A stretch of 64,000 bases of DNA from Saccostrea echinata (Eukaryota), in NCBI RefSeq assembly GCF_033153115.1, contig NW_026889803.1, forward strand, positions 55,986,001-56,050,000, read 5' to 3'. Position 1 is the stretch's first letter, and each line of letters opens with the position of its first letter. Below the pieces are notes generated by a model. It saw only the letters and a list, made by a program, of their open reading frames with translations. It had not been told where the DNA came from and did no database searches. Shown here in pieces: positions 44,001 to 61,222 of the stretch. The position numbers and the translations under genes were made by a program.

Positions 44001-47000
44001 TTGACATGTGCATTACCTGTTTCAAGACCTTTCCAAGTGTACTCTGGTTTTTGACCTCCTGGCTTTGACCTTAAAGTTTAATCTTCAGTCTTTTTCAATG
44101 TTTTTTTTTTTTGACATTGGTAATAACTTTTCAATGATAGAAGACAGGGCTTTCATATTTTACATGTATATTACCTATGACAACAACTCTCAGAAGGATA
44201 TATCGATCATATCACTTCATTACCTTGACCTAGAAGTTTGACCTACTTATCAATTTTTAACTTTGGCCATAATGTTTGATTCAGAAGAGACAGGGCTTTC
44301 ATTTTTTTCACATGTGCATTGCATGTGACAAGAATTTTCAGATTGTGTTATGATATTTCACCTCATGACCTTGAAGTTTGATGCAGTTTTGAGAAGCTTT
44401 AGTCTTGGCTATAAATTTTATTAATTTGATAATTTGTATCTTTTTTGTATGATGGGCAAGACAGGACATACAAACAAGACAGTTACAATATGCCATAAAT
44501 AATTGCATCCTAAACACTAAGACACCAAAAGACTGGGACCACAATTCTTTGAATTCACTTGTATATGAATTAGCTGATAAGTAGTTTTGAAACATAGCAA
44601 TATACATTGTAATTATTTCTTAAATGCTTCGATCACTATTTATGGAATTTTTAGCTCACCTCAATGAAGTTGGGGGGAGCTTATGTAATACCCTCAGCAT
44701 CAGCATCCCAAGTTAAAGTTTTTGGAGCAGGTTTCTTTTCAAGTACTTCTATGCTCAATATTAATCAGTTATGCATGGATGATGCTTTTAGTATGTTTCC
44801 ATGTACCAGTTGATGTTTCAGATGCTGCAATTTCAGTTAAAGAATGACTAGGTTTATTAATGTTTTTGGAGCAGGTTAAAGATTTTGGATCAGGTTAAAG
44901 TTTTCTTGGAGCAGGTCTCATTTCCAAGTAACTACATGTATAAGCCCTATATGGACTAGACTTGCATGGATGATACATCTAAGGATGCACACTACTGGAC
45001 TTGCTTCAAATGCTGGATTTAACCTGTATTTTTGGTTGAGTGGCCAGATTTAAGTTTTTGGATCAGGTTCATTCTAAAGTGAGTATAAGCCCTATGTTAA
45101 CCAACTTTGCATTGAAGATACATTTATTGATGCACACTACCAGAGTTGCTTTGGATTCAGGATTTGACCTACATTTTCCAGATGAGTGACCAAGTTAAAT
45201 TTTTTTTAGTATACCCATTCCAGTGTACCTAGACCAAACTTGCATGGATGATGCATCAAGGGATTAACACTCTCAAAACTTGCTTCAGATGCTGAGTTTG
45301 ACCTAAATTTTCTGGATGTGGATGAGTGACTAGTTTAAAGTAGTTTTTAGAAAAAGTCCATTCCCAAGTAACCACAAGTGCTATCAGACCAAAATTACAT
45401 AAATGTTGCATCTAGGGATGCACACTACTAGATTATTAGTTAAGTGTGTGATTTTGTCTTACTTAAAGACAATATTCATTGAGGTGAGCTCTGTCATATA
45501 TATATTTACCTATGTTTATTCTTTTAGACAATTAAGGCAAAGAATTTTCCTTTTTCCAGGTCTCGGGGTCCAGGTTCTCTCCAGGGATCCCATGAGGGAA
45601 CAGTCAGTTGCTGTCAGTTCAGTAGAGATGGTAAGTCAGGGAATAGTTAGTGGCTGTTGGTTCAGTAGAGATGTAAGTGAGGGAACAATTAGTTGCTGTC
45701 AGTTCAGTAGAGATGTAAGTGAGAGAACAGTTAGCTACTGTCAGTTCAGTAGAAATGGTAAGCGAGGGAACAGGTAGTTGTGTCAGTTAAATAGAGATGT
45801 TAAGTGATGGAATGGTTAGTTGTTGTCAATTCAGTAGAAATGGTTAGTGAGGAACAGTTAGTTGCTGTCAGTTCAGTAGAGATTAAGTGAGGGAACAGTT
45901 AGTTGCTGTCAGTTCAGTAGAGATTAAGTGAGGGAACAATTAGTTGCTGTCAGTTCTGTAGAGAGGGTAAATGAGAGAACAGTTAGTTGCTGTCAGTTCA
46001 GTAGAGATGGTAAGTGAGGGAGCAGTTATTTGCATCAGTTCAGTAGAGATGGTAGTGAGGGAACAATTAGTTGCTATCAGATCAGTATGGATGGTAAGAG
46101 ATCAGTTAGTTGCTGTCAGTTCAGTAGAGATGGTAATTAATTGAGAGAACAGTTAGTTGCAGTTGGTTCAGTAGAGGTGGTAAGTGTGAGGACTTGAATA
46201 ACTTGTATTTCATTGCATCAGTGATAAATGTGCTTCCACAACATCAAAATTTGTACATATATATTTATATATTGATTGTTTACTAAAGAAGTCTTTTGTC
46301 ATTTCTGTAGATTAAAGGAAAAAAGGAAATTAATGCAGCATATTTAATCATATTATATAATAATCATTACCTTGAAAATGTACTAAATGGTTTTAAAATT
46401 AGCTATTTTTTGTTGTTAGGTCTAATGCTGGTATCTGGTTCCTATGACAACACTTTGGTTGTCTGGGATGTTGATAATGAGATGCAGAAACTTCAACTGC
46501 AGGTAAAATCACCTGATATTTTGTCACATAGTCTGACAAAAGTTAACAAGTTATTTCCCTTTGTAGCTATTCTAGTGTCCTCTTAAACAATCTCTCTCTC
46601 TCTCTCTCGCGTCACATTAGCAGATGACACGAACAAAAGATGGTCAGCAATAAATAAATATATGATCTTAAATATGGTACCAACCTAATGCCAACAAAGT
46701 AGCTATAAATTGCTGTCATTTTTGGTCCAAATTTTAGAGATACTGTAGTTATGCTGTAGTGGTAATCATATCTTAATTTTCTGTACACTGCCTTCTGTCC
46801 ACTAATTTAAGTACACATTAATAAATGATTAAACAAATACTGCACTAACTTTATCAGTTCAAAATAGTTAATCAGCTGCTGAAGAATATTGCACTAAATT
46901 TTTATTGTGCTAATTTATGTACGATTACAGTATTATTATCTTCGCTAGCCAAGGGTTTCTGATCCACACTATGTTTGAGAAGCGGTGCGGATCAGAAACC

Positions 47001-48389
47001 CTTGGCTAGCAAAGATGCAGCATTAATGTCAATAACGATGTACAATAAAACTTTCATGTAATTACTCATTTGCATAAATAAATCAGAGCTAAAATTACAA
47101 TTTTAAATTGATTTTTTTAATAATTTAAAATTACGAATTAAAATTACAAATTACAATTACATTTTTTTTTCAGGGTCATGAAGACTGGGTACAAGATGTC
47201 TGCTTCAGTATGGACCAAAACAACATTCTCTCAGCCTCCAAAGTATTTATGTTTTTATATTTATAACATTAAAATTATTCTTATCTCATTAACAGAAAAT
47301 GTTTCACAATAAGTTAAATGAAGTTGATATTTTAATTGATGTTAAGATATTTACATCATTAAGCTCCTTTACAGTTGTAAGCACTAAACAATAATATTTT
47401 TTATTCTTAAAATTGAAAATGCACTAAATACAATGACTTTATGAATCACTTTTAATCAATTTGAAGGAAAGTTATTAATACCAGCTGTTCCTGTGGAACA
47501 AAATAATGTGCTGAGGATGACCAAATTTTCACTTCATTTAATTTTGCAAGAGCTATTTATTTTAATTCTTAAAATTGAAAAAGCAAAAAAATTCAATGAA
47601 TTTTAACTACACCTTTTTTTGCAAGAGCTAGTATTTGGTTTTCATAAGTGACTAAAAAAAACCCATGAATTTAGACTATTGTTTTATAAATTTTTGCTAG
47701 CAGAAGGTCCTGCATAATAACAGGAAAACTAGATGCTGTCATAAGACAGTAATACCCGCACTAATGTGTTTGCCTCTAAATGCAGGCACGTAGCATCAGG
47801 GCCTGTCCCCCCCCCCCCTCTTTTTTCAAAACATAACTTTTTACTATGGAAAATGTTCATGAAAGGATGGTTGTCTCTCCCCCCCCCCCCCACTTTTTGT
47901 TGCATTATAGTCAAATAAAGGTAATGTAGTAGTGTTTATATAAAATTGGGGTACTGAAAGAAGTTGGAACCCACCCCACGAAATAGGATTTTCAAGTTGA
48001 GTTTTGAAAAAAAAATTTTTTGGCTTGTCAAGTTTTTTCAGGTGAGTTGATTTTTTTTTCTCTAGCTGCCCCCCCCCCCCCCTTTTAAAAATGTTGCTAC
48101 GTCCCTGAAATGTGCTCTGACTGCTCTCCTTCAAATTCTGGTAACCAGGGAAGAAGCACACATTTAAATCGAGCATAAAATGCTCAGGTGAACATTCAAC
48201 CCATATGGGCCTCTTATGTAAATCAGGTGCGGATCCAGGAATTTTTTCCAGGGGGATCCAACCCAGAAATTTCTTGACAAGCCAAAAAAAACAAAACAAA
48301 ACCAAAAAACAAAAAAAACAAAAAAACAAAACAAAAAAACAAAAAACACTTAAACTCCTCTCCCAAATGTGAAAACCTATTTCATGGTC

Positions 48390-48421
<32 letters not shown>

Positions 48422-51400
48422 GGGGTTTAGCCGTTCACTTTTTAAGCTTCATATGTATAACTTTTCATACCAACTTAACAGGGGTCCGTGTTTTCTAGGA
48501 AGGAAGGGGGGGGTGTTCCAAGGTCACTTTTAGTTGCTTTCGTATATAGATTTCGTATAAAGGTTCCGGACCCCCTCCCCCTCTAGTTCTGCGCATGTAA
48601 ATATTTCATTACCAGTCTGATATTACCTAATAATGTAAATTCTGATAAAGAGAGAATTTTTGAAAGATTTGTGTAAAAAAAGGGGGGGTGGTTAATTTTC
48701 TACCCATCATTGGAACTTCTTGAATTCATTGTCAAAACAACAAATATTATTATTTTAGTGCATAGCTTTTTTGATGAACTTAAAAAAAAATTAGATGCCA
48801 AAATGACAAATTACGCAAATTTTTATCAGTATTTGGGTAGGACTCGGAGAACCCCTTTCCAAATCTTGACCCAATCAAAAATCAACCCCCACCCACGATT
48901 CACCTGTTTTCCTGTCATATTTAGAATAGATGACACAAACTTATGAAAAAAAATTGTATGTAATTATAATATAAATTTTACAAATGTACACCTTTTTGGA
49001 AAATTTCTAGACTAGTGCATACGTCACACTGCGAGCACTACTTTTACCGTTATCATTATTGTTTTGCACATGGTGTATGTTCATCATTATTATCACTGGG
49101 ATTATTAATATTTAGTGTGTGTTTTAAATGGATTTATTACTCTATCAAGTTAACAGTACCTATAACAGGCGGTAAGTACATTATGAATATATTATTTTAA
49201 AGGTTTAGTAAAGAACGGGGTTTGTTTGTTGTTTAACGTCCTCCTCGAGAATTTTTCACTCATATGGAGACTCCACCACTTGCCGGTGGAGGGCTGCAAA
49301 TTTTAACCACCGGACCTCGGTTTATACAGTCTCATCCGAAGAACTGGTCTCCACGTCCCGCAGTGAATTCGAACCCGCGACGTAAGGATCAACTCCTTAC
49401 TCCATGACTCTAGTCAGTCTAGAGCAGACGTTCTAACCACTGCTCGATGCTCCACACAGGTGACTAGAACGGGGTAAAATAATCGGAAATGAAAATGGTT
49501 AGGGGCCTATAGGTGGAAAAGGGTCAAAGATCATTGGAATGCAACAATTATACAATGAGGCAAGTTCCTGGGGTCATTCCTCTCGTTCTATGGAACCGGA
49601 AACAATAAAATAGCTTTCATTAGAGCAAAAGCCCCTAAGTCATCTTTGTATTATTTCATTTCATTTCATTTTATTCAGGTACAAATATCACAGAATGTCA
49701 TGATTACACACATTTAAAACATTACAGATTAGCCTACTAATAGAAAAAAAAACCAAACCAACAGACATTATCTCAGCACTATGCTACTTAATAAAGATCT
49801 AATTGAGCATATACATGTATTATTATATTAGTTACATGACATACAGATGATAGGTATTACCTAAGGATAGCCCATAAAAGCTTTTTTTAAAATCTTATTT
49901 CCAGTGGGGTCCTTAAATTACAAATATGTTAGTAACAAAAAAATTACATTAATATTAATAATGGAATTTAGGCAGGGTACTTGAATGAATATAGCATAAT
50001 GCTTTGAAAAATGACATGTTTCTCATTACACATTTACCTTAAAAATTATCACAATAATGCTTATAAAACTAAAATAAAATTAAATAGAAATAAAATGATA
50101 TATACATGTATTAAAAACATGGTTTAAGGACATTGGCAAGTCAGGGCCTTCCGGAGAAAAAAGGTTTAATACATGGGTTTTTTCACTTGTAAAATAGTGA
50201 TTGAGAGTGATCTCCCGTGTAGAATTCTCTAAGCGGTGAAAACCAGTAAAGCGTATGTTATAGAGGTAAACAAAAGCACGTGTACTTCCTTCAACGGGTA
50301 GAATCATCTATACAGCAAGAAAGAAAAGTAGTAATGGCTTTGTTGTACATTGTATTCAGGGACAAAGAGCAAACAGGTCGTCATTTACCATAGTTTTGCT
50401 CAGTATGCTGGGAAGGGCAAAGATGTGACATATGCTGAAAGGTAGGTCGACCATGCCGACTGAGAACAGTTCTTAGGTCGTGTGAACGAATCAGCATTTC
50501 GTAATTACGAATAAAAGTTAAAAATAAATCCATGCCAATATTTTTATGACAATGTATTTCAATCAATTCAGTCAATTACATGATAAAAACAATCAACCGG
50601 TCACTTGACCAATTTTAGCTGTTAAGGGACGCAACTGAAAAATGATGATCGGTGCCGGTATATCCATGTCTTTTTTCTATATATATATTTTCAACCAAAA
50701 TATCTAGAAGTCATAGGAAATGAAGTTACAATAATGTATATAATACAAAAACTGTATGAAATAAATGGGATTTGAAGAAATATTATGGTGAAAAATTATG
50801 TAGGTCCCTTTTATCAACATTTTACATAGGAAAATGCATTAAGAATTGTAAAAACACTAATTTGACAAAATCTAAAAAAGAATGCTGGATTGGTAGGTAA
50901 AACGATCCAGAATATAGCATATTTAGTACATTTAAACCTACTCAAAAGTTCTTGAAAAATTCTATACAATAACCAGGAACCTTGCCAATGTCCTTAATCT
51001 TAATTGTTTAACTCTATCTTCCACTCTTAACATATTCAGAGAGTCTAAACACACTAAATAGGATATATGGGGTCATGACCCCCCAGAGGTCATTCCCAAC
51101 CCCTAAAACTTCAAATGATCATATACACTGTATCTTGAAAATGGTTGAAAACTCTTCCCTTAACCATATGTAATATTGTCCCTCGAGTCATTATGCATTT
51201 TAAATGGTATAAAGGTTATGACCCTTGAAGTCATCCTCACCCTGAAACTGGAAATGATCACAATATGACCTGCGTCAAAAGTGTGTTAGTGATAATCTGC
51301 TTGACATTTTATTCAGGACCCCCTAGGGTCAGTCCACCCTCCTAGAATTAGAAGATGAAAATCATTCAGAGACCATTATACTTTGTGTACATGTACATTT

Positions 51401-51994
51401 TTGTATTATTCACAGTTTATTTTATACCAAAACAAGTTATAAATAATCTGTATAAATAAACGAGCCTGGGGCTGGGAAGCTGGAAAAGGGGAAGGGGTTA
51501 TGTCTGCATGGTCTTAAATGTTGAAAACTCCTAAAATTTGTGAATATTAACCCGGCCGTTTCCCACTTGTCATCATTATTTACTAATCTTCTCACAACAT
51601 ACATGTGTCTTTATTGAATCAATAGATCATAGACTTTTTTGGTCATATGCCTAGCTCTCCCTTGAATCAGGAATGGTGATATAAATATTTTAAGAATGAT
51701 TAAGAATTAAAACAGGTCTTGCACAATCTCTTAAAATTGATTAAGCTCTGCAGTTGAATTAGCTATACTGGTATAGCTTGGTTTTGCTATTCAAAACACT
51801 TGATTTAGCTATTTAATCATACTTTTTTTTAATGTACATTTTTATCAATATTTTTTTACCTTGACCTTTCCTTTGACTTGACCTCACTTTTCTTAAATTT
51901 GTGTCAAAATTCATAAATGGGAATATACACTTCTCCAGAACCACTGGGCCAATTTCAAACAAACTTGCCATAAAGCATAATTGGGTAAAGGGGG

Positions 51995-52044
<50 letters not shown>

Positions 52045-55000
52045 AAGGAATTGGTGAAAATTTGGTGTCATCTTTTAAAAATCTTCTTCTCAAGAACCAT
52101 TGGGCCAGAAAAGTTGAAACTTTTGTGAAACCTTTGTTACATAGTGTAGATTAAAATTTGTTCAAATCATGACCCCTGGGGGTAGGGTGGGGCCACAATG
52201 GGGGTCCAAGTTTTACATAGGAATATATAGGAAAATTCTTTAAAAATCTTCCTCTCAAGAACAACAAAGCCACAATTAGTCATATTGATATGGAATCATC
52301 CCCAGGTAGTGTAGATTCAAATTTGTTCAAATCATGACCCCCTGGGGGTAGGGTGGGGCCACAATAAGGGGTCAAAGTTTTACATAGGAATACATAGGAA
52401 AATTCTTTAAAAATCTTCTTCTCAAGAACAACAAAGCCACTTAGTCATATTGATATGGAATCATCCTTAGGTAGTGTAGATTCAATTTGTTCAAATCATT
52501 ACCCCTGGGGTAGGGTGGGGCCACAATGGGGGATCAAAGTTTTACATAGGAATATATAGAAAAAATTCTTTAAATATCTTCCTCTCAAGAACAACAAAGC
52601 CACAATTAGTCATATTGATATGGAATCATCCCCAGGTAGTGTAGATTCAAATTTGTTCAAATCATGACCCCCTGGGGGTAGGGTGGGGCCACAATAAGGG
52701 GTCAAAGTTTTACATAGGAATACATAGGAAAATTCTTTAAAAATCTTCTTCTCAAGAACAACAAAGCCACTTAGTCATATTGATATGGAATCATCCTTAG
52801 GTAGTGTAGATTCAATTTGTTCAAATCATTACCCCTGGGGTAGGGTGGGGCCACAATGGGGGATCAAAGTTTTACATAGGAATATATAGAAAAAATTCTT
52901 TAAATATCTTCTTCTCAAGAACAACAAAGCTGCAATTAGTCATATTGATATGGAATCATCCTCAGGTAGTGTAGATTCAAGTTTGTTCAAATCATGACCC
53001 CTGGGAGTAGGGTGGGGCTACAATGGGGAATCAAAGTTTTACATAGGAATATATAGGAAAAATCTTTAAAAATCTTTTCAAGAACAGGAAAGCCATGATT
53101 AATCATATTGATATGGAAGCATCCCCAAGTATTGTAGATTCAAGTTTGTTGAAGGCATCCTCCAGTAGTAGGTTGTGGCCATAATGGGGGATCAATAAGT
53201 TTTATGAAAGGAATTATATAGGAAATAAATCTTCTCAAGAAAAACAAAGCCATGATTAGTCATTTTGATATGGAAGTATCCTCAGGTAGTGTACAAACAA
53301 GTTTGTTCAAATCATGGACCCCCCCCCCCCCCCCCCCCAGGGTAGGGTTTCAAACATATTTAAAATTCCATTTTAAAGAACAGCAAAACCATGATTGGTT
53401 ATATGAATAAAGCAGCATCCTCAGAAGGTTTATATTCAATTTCATTCAAAACATGGCACCTGGGGGTAGGGTATGCCTAGAACAGGCAATCAAAGCTTTA
53501 TATTTGAATATGTAGGAGAAGAAATCTGCTGATGAAGAACAGCAGAGCCATATTGACTCGGTGAGTGTTGTGGCCAATGGGCCTCTTGTGTAAAATGTAG
53601 GAGGAGTTCTGGGAACCAGGGTCTTTTTGTATAAAAAACGTCTTTTTTTTTACCCCCATTTGACCCCCAGGGTGAAAATGAAAATTCCAAAACCTTACTG
53701 CACATCTACATGACACCACCAACCATCTGTCAAAAGATGATTAGGCTACTGTGTAAAATGTAAGAGGAGTTCAGGGAACCAGGGGCTTTTTGCATAAAAA
53801 ACGTCATTTTTTGACCCCCATTTGACCCCAAGGGTGAAAATGAAAATTCCGAAACCTTACTGCACATCTACATGACACCACCAACCATCTGTCAAAAGAT
53901 GATTAGGCTACTGTGTAAAATGTAAGAGGAGTTCAGGGAACCAGGGGCTTTTTGCATAAAAAACGTCATTTTTTGACCCCCATTTGACCCCAAGGGTGAA
54001 AATGAAAATTCTGAAACCTTACTGCACATCTACATGACACCACCAACCATCTGTCAAAAGATGATTAGGCTACTATGTAAAATGTAAGAGGAGTTCAGGG
54101 AACCAGGGGCTTTATGCATAAAAAACGTCATTTTTCGACCCCCATTTGACCCCAAGGGTGAAAATGAAAATTCCGAAACCTTACTGCACATCTACATGAC
54201 ACCACCAACCAACTCCCAAAAGATGATTAGGCTACTGTGTAAAATGTAAGAGGAGTTCAGGGAACCAGGGGCTTTTTGCATAAAAAACGTCATTTTTCGA
54301 CCCCCATTTGACCCCCAGGGTGAAAAAGAAAATTCCGAAACCTTACTGCACATCTACATGACACCACCAACCATTTCCCAAAAGATGATTAGGCTACTCT
54401 GTAAAATGTAAGAGTAGTTTGAGAAAGAAAAGTGTGACAGACGGACGGACGGACGGACGGACGGACGGACAGACATGAGTAACAACAATATACCTGAACT
54501 TTCTTTAGAAAGTGCGGGTATAATAAAGTTCTCACATGTAAAAGTGATTTACAGTATATTTTGAAGTACATAATATAAATGATTCCATCTGAATTATTTT
54601 TGAAAATGCAGATCTTACCAAGTAATTCTAAGCTCCAGTGGTGTTTAAGGAAATGAAGTGCTGCAGTTTTCATCAGATATTGATTTCTTGTATTTTCAAA
54701 GAATTCATATATATGTCTATGAAAAACTTTGACCCTATTATGGTCCACCTTTTTATTGCCCAGGGGCAATAACAAATAGGTCTATTTCACTACAAGGGAA
54801 TGGTTGTACCTGTATAACTCTAATTGTGATCCTAGTGTTCTTCAAAAGAAAATATTAAAACATTTTCCAAGTATTTTTTTAAAAATTTTGATCCCAAATC
54901 AGACAGCTAGACAGATGGATGACAGACAAGCTTTGATCAGAAAAGCTAAGCTGAGCTTTGCTCGGGTTGAGCTAAAACAGAGATTTTATAGAATAGAACA

Positions 55001-55691
55001 GTAACATTTTTTTCATGTTGCATGTAGGATAAAACAGTACGTATGTGGAATGTGAAGGATACCGAGAAAATTCCTGTTGTCTTGGAAAGAAAGAAAGCCA
55101 TGGGACTAAGTATTATGAAGGTAAATTCTCTGATATTCTTAAAAACTGAAAAACAATCATATTATAAAATAGCTATAAATGACAATACAGATGAAGAATA
55201 TAAGTGTCTTTTGAACTTTGCTGCATTTCCAACCAAATCCCAGTATTTGTTTCTATTTCACAGAAAAAGAAATTCAATAGCTACCGTACATTAAAGATGT
55301 TATTTTAAAAATGATAAGCAATTCTATTTTTGACAGTTTTAAATAGTAAGCATACTTCTAGAAAAATTGAACCACACAGACTATGTTTCAGTTTATTACA
55401 TTATTGTCCTTCATCATAATACTGCTGTGAATTGTGAAACACATTTGACTCAGTATTTGGGGAAGTTCTATATGTATAGAATTGAGTGAGATTTCCTTCC
55501 AATTGCAATATTACAACCTTCCGTAGTTTTGAAAATTGGTTTATTTTCAGTGTTCAAACTGTGGGAAACCATTTTCCATTTCTCAAATGGACAGTTTCCG
55601 AGACAACACAATCTGCGTCTTCTGTCGTCTCCAAAATCGGGAGCAGGAAATGATTGCCATTATGAATTCTGTACAAGTGGATGAAGATTAA
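41060..55691 (+). CDS. WDR88: WD repeat-containing protein 88 (WD40 propeller plus C-terminal CxxC..CxxC); 11 coding exons
   Basis: Exons 41060-41167, 41532-41731, 41843-41906, 42004-42142, 42740-42866, 43084-43197, 45560-45630, 46420-46502, 47174-47242, 55028-55120, 55551-55691. GH...WD repeats. The C-terminus DKTVRMWNVKDTEKIPVVLERKKAMGLSIMK-CSNCGKPFSI...CVFCR matches the WDR88 signature. Confidence 0.88.
42235..42709 (+). mobile_element. Second tRNA-LTR TRIM (Helenus-like), degenerate, partly tandem
   Basis: tRNA-like TAG(C/T)TCAGTTG(T/G)TAGAGCACCTGAC at ~42271 and ~42512; purine tract AAAGGAGGGAGGAA before TGT at 42468; PBS-like GGTGCCATGACC at ~42616; a third partial LTR ends TGGTACA at ~42709. 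Confidence 0.6.
43290..44420 (-). mobile_element. HINE-type element with ~120-bp tandem repeats
   Basis: Repeated AACTTTTGAATGAGAAGAGATAGGG..TTCATATTT.ACATGT.CATT.CCTGTGA.AAGA and TGACCTTGAAGTTTGACCTA, about 8 units. Confidence 0.7.
44649..45491 (-). mobile_element. HINE-type element with degenerate internal repeats
   Basis: TTTTAGCTCACCT at the left end, AGGTGAGCT at the right end, repeated TGCATGGATGAT and TTAAAGTTTTTGGA.CAGGT. Confidence 0.6.
45593..46186 (+). repeat. Minisatellite of the WDR88 exon-7 3' end plus splice donor (~42-43-bp units, ~14 copies)
   Basis: Unit GAGGGAACAGTTAGTTGCTGTCAGTTCAGTAGAGATG|GTAAGT. Donor positions 45631, 45673, 45715, 45758, ~45800, 45843, 45883, 45924, 45967, 46010, 46052, 46094, 46133, 46180, some mutated to TTAAGT. 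Confidence 0.93.
46938..47016. repeat. Hairpin/foldback element (~33-bp arms)
   Basis: ATCTTCGCTAGCCAAGGGTTTCTGATCC.CAC ... GTGCGGATCAGAAACCCTTGGCTAGCAAAGAT. Confidence 0.85.
49222..49465 (-). mobile_element. tRNA-derived SINE with 10-bp target-site duplication
   Basis: Minus strand has A-box-like AGTGGTTAGAACG, B-box GGTTCGAATTC and an (AAAC)n tail, flanked by AGAACGGGGT at 49212-49221 and 49466-49475. Confidence 0.8.
50128..50993. mobile_element. Kolobok-type non-autonomous DNA transposon
   Basis: TIR GGACATTGGCAAG / CTTGCCAATGTCC with TTAA duplicated at 50124-50127 and 50994-50997. Confidence 0.8.
51924..53589 (-). mobile_element. HINE-type element carrying an array of ~8 x 165-bp Cg170-like monomers
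   Basis: GTAGTGTAGATTCAA.TTTGTTCAAATCAT recurs at ~52141, 52306, 52471, 52636, 52801, 52966, 53129, 53286. The element 5' end GGGCCTCTTGT lies at 53579-53589. Confidence 0.85.
53589..54524 (+). mobile_element. 5'-truncated pearl/HINE element with 5+ x 162-bp repeats
   Basis: TGTAAAATGTA.GAG recurs about every 162 bp; (GACG)n 54440-54470; 3' hairpin TATACCTG.ACTTTCT-T-TAGAAAGTGCGGGTATA. Confidence 0.85.
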
Positions 55692-55762
55692 TCATCACTA
55701 TGCCAACAGTGACTTACCATCACCATGCCAACAGTGACTAATCATCACCATGCCAACAGTGA
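55689..55762 (+). repeat. 25-bp tandem repeat x3 beginning at the WDR88 stop codon
   Basis: TAATCATCACTATGCCAACAGTGAC / TTACCATCACCATGCCAACAGTGAC / TAATCATCACCATGCCAACAGTGA. Confidence 0.85.
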
Positions 55763-57110
55763 TGGATTGGAGGAGTAATGTTCTAAGCCTTTGACATTGT
55801 GGGATTTATAATATTGTGATATCAGAACACTTGAATTTAATTTCTATGCACTTTCTATATTCCTGGAAATTAAAGCTGTTATTTTGTCTTTCATAATGAT
55901 GTAAGTGAATAATAAACAATACAGATAAACAACATTTTTAATACTTCCTCACCATCACACATGTATTTCAATATGAACTTGAAAAAATAAAACAACTGTT
56001 TAATTTATACAGAATATTCCTTTCAAAATATATTGAGTAACAAAAAAAAATAACTAATAGAGTACAAACAAACAATGTACACAATAATGGCAGCCAATGA
56101 ACCAGATGATAATTTTTTCATGAACTCAACAATTAACACAATGCTAAAACTCAATGAAAAGAACCTCTTCATGTAATGTGTTAAATTATAATACATGACA
56201 AACAATCCTGAGTATATATACTGATATTACAAGATCTGTAAGATCAAGGCATTTTACAGTGATTCTATTTTTAAGTAAAGCATAGTTTTCTAAAGAATAT
56301 TAAGGAACTAAATAAAAATGTGGTGAAAAATACTCAATACCTGTAGAAAATATTATATTGGTGAAGTATTTTCAGATTCAGTGAAAAAAACTTTAGAACT
56401 TGAGAACATTTTGAATACCTGTCTGGAATGTTACACTTGGGACAATTGTTAAAAATTTCTATCACAGATTATATTTATAGAATAATTCGGGCATATTATC
56501 CTGGTCATGACTTGAGCATGCCCTACAAATAATACATACAACTTCCAAATTACCTGTGATAAGGCATGCACACACAAAGATCTGTCAGGCCCTAGATGTA
56601 ACCCAGCAATCCCCCCCCCCCCCCCAAAAAAAAAAATGTGGTATAATGTTGTCTTTATCATAGATTAGAAAACACCTATTTTCAATCAATGGACATATCA
56701 TTCTTTCTAGAGAAATGATTGTAATACTATGTTCTGATGCATTTTGATTGAATAACCTAGTCTTATTAAAACACAAAGTGAACATTTACAATGGATTGTT
56801 ACAATGTTAGATATTTTACAGTAGCACTCAGTTCTCTATCACATTTTCAATGATGTTATTTAGAGCATTTAACAGAATCAAATCACAGCATTCAACATAT
56901 CTATGTTTAAATTAAGATTTTAAAAATGCAACTATATATGACTTACACAATATATTATGTTTTAAAAATTCTCATATCTGAACAATAACCTACAATAATA
57001 AGTTACTTGAAAAATCTCTTATTGTTTGAGTAACAAATAATATATGAAAAATGGTGGTCCAATGTATTTTTTATTTTTTTTGGTAGCCTTTTCACCAACA
57101 GGTTTCTGGT

Positions 57111-61222
<4,112 letters not shown>

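Noticed and set aside
45403-45777. 124-aa ORF with repeated CQFSRD
   Set aside because: It starts in TE sequence, crosses the acceptor in the wrong frame and simply reads through the minisatellite.
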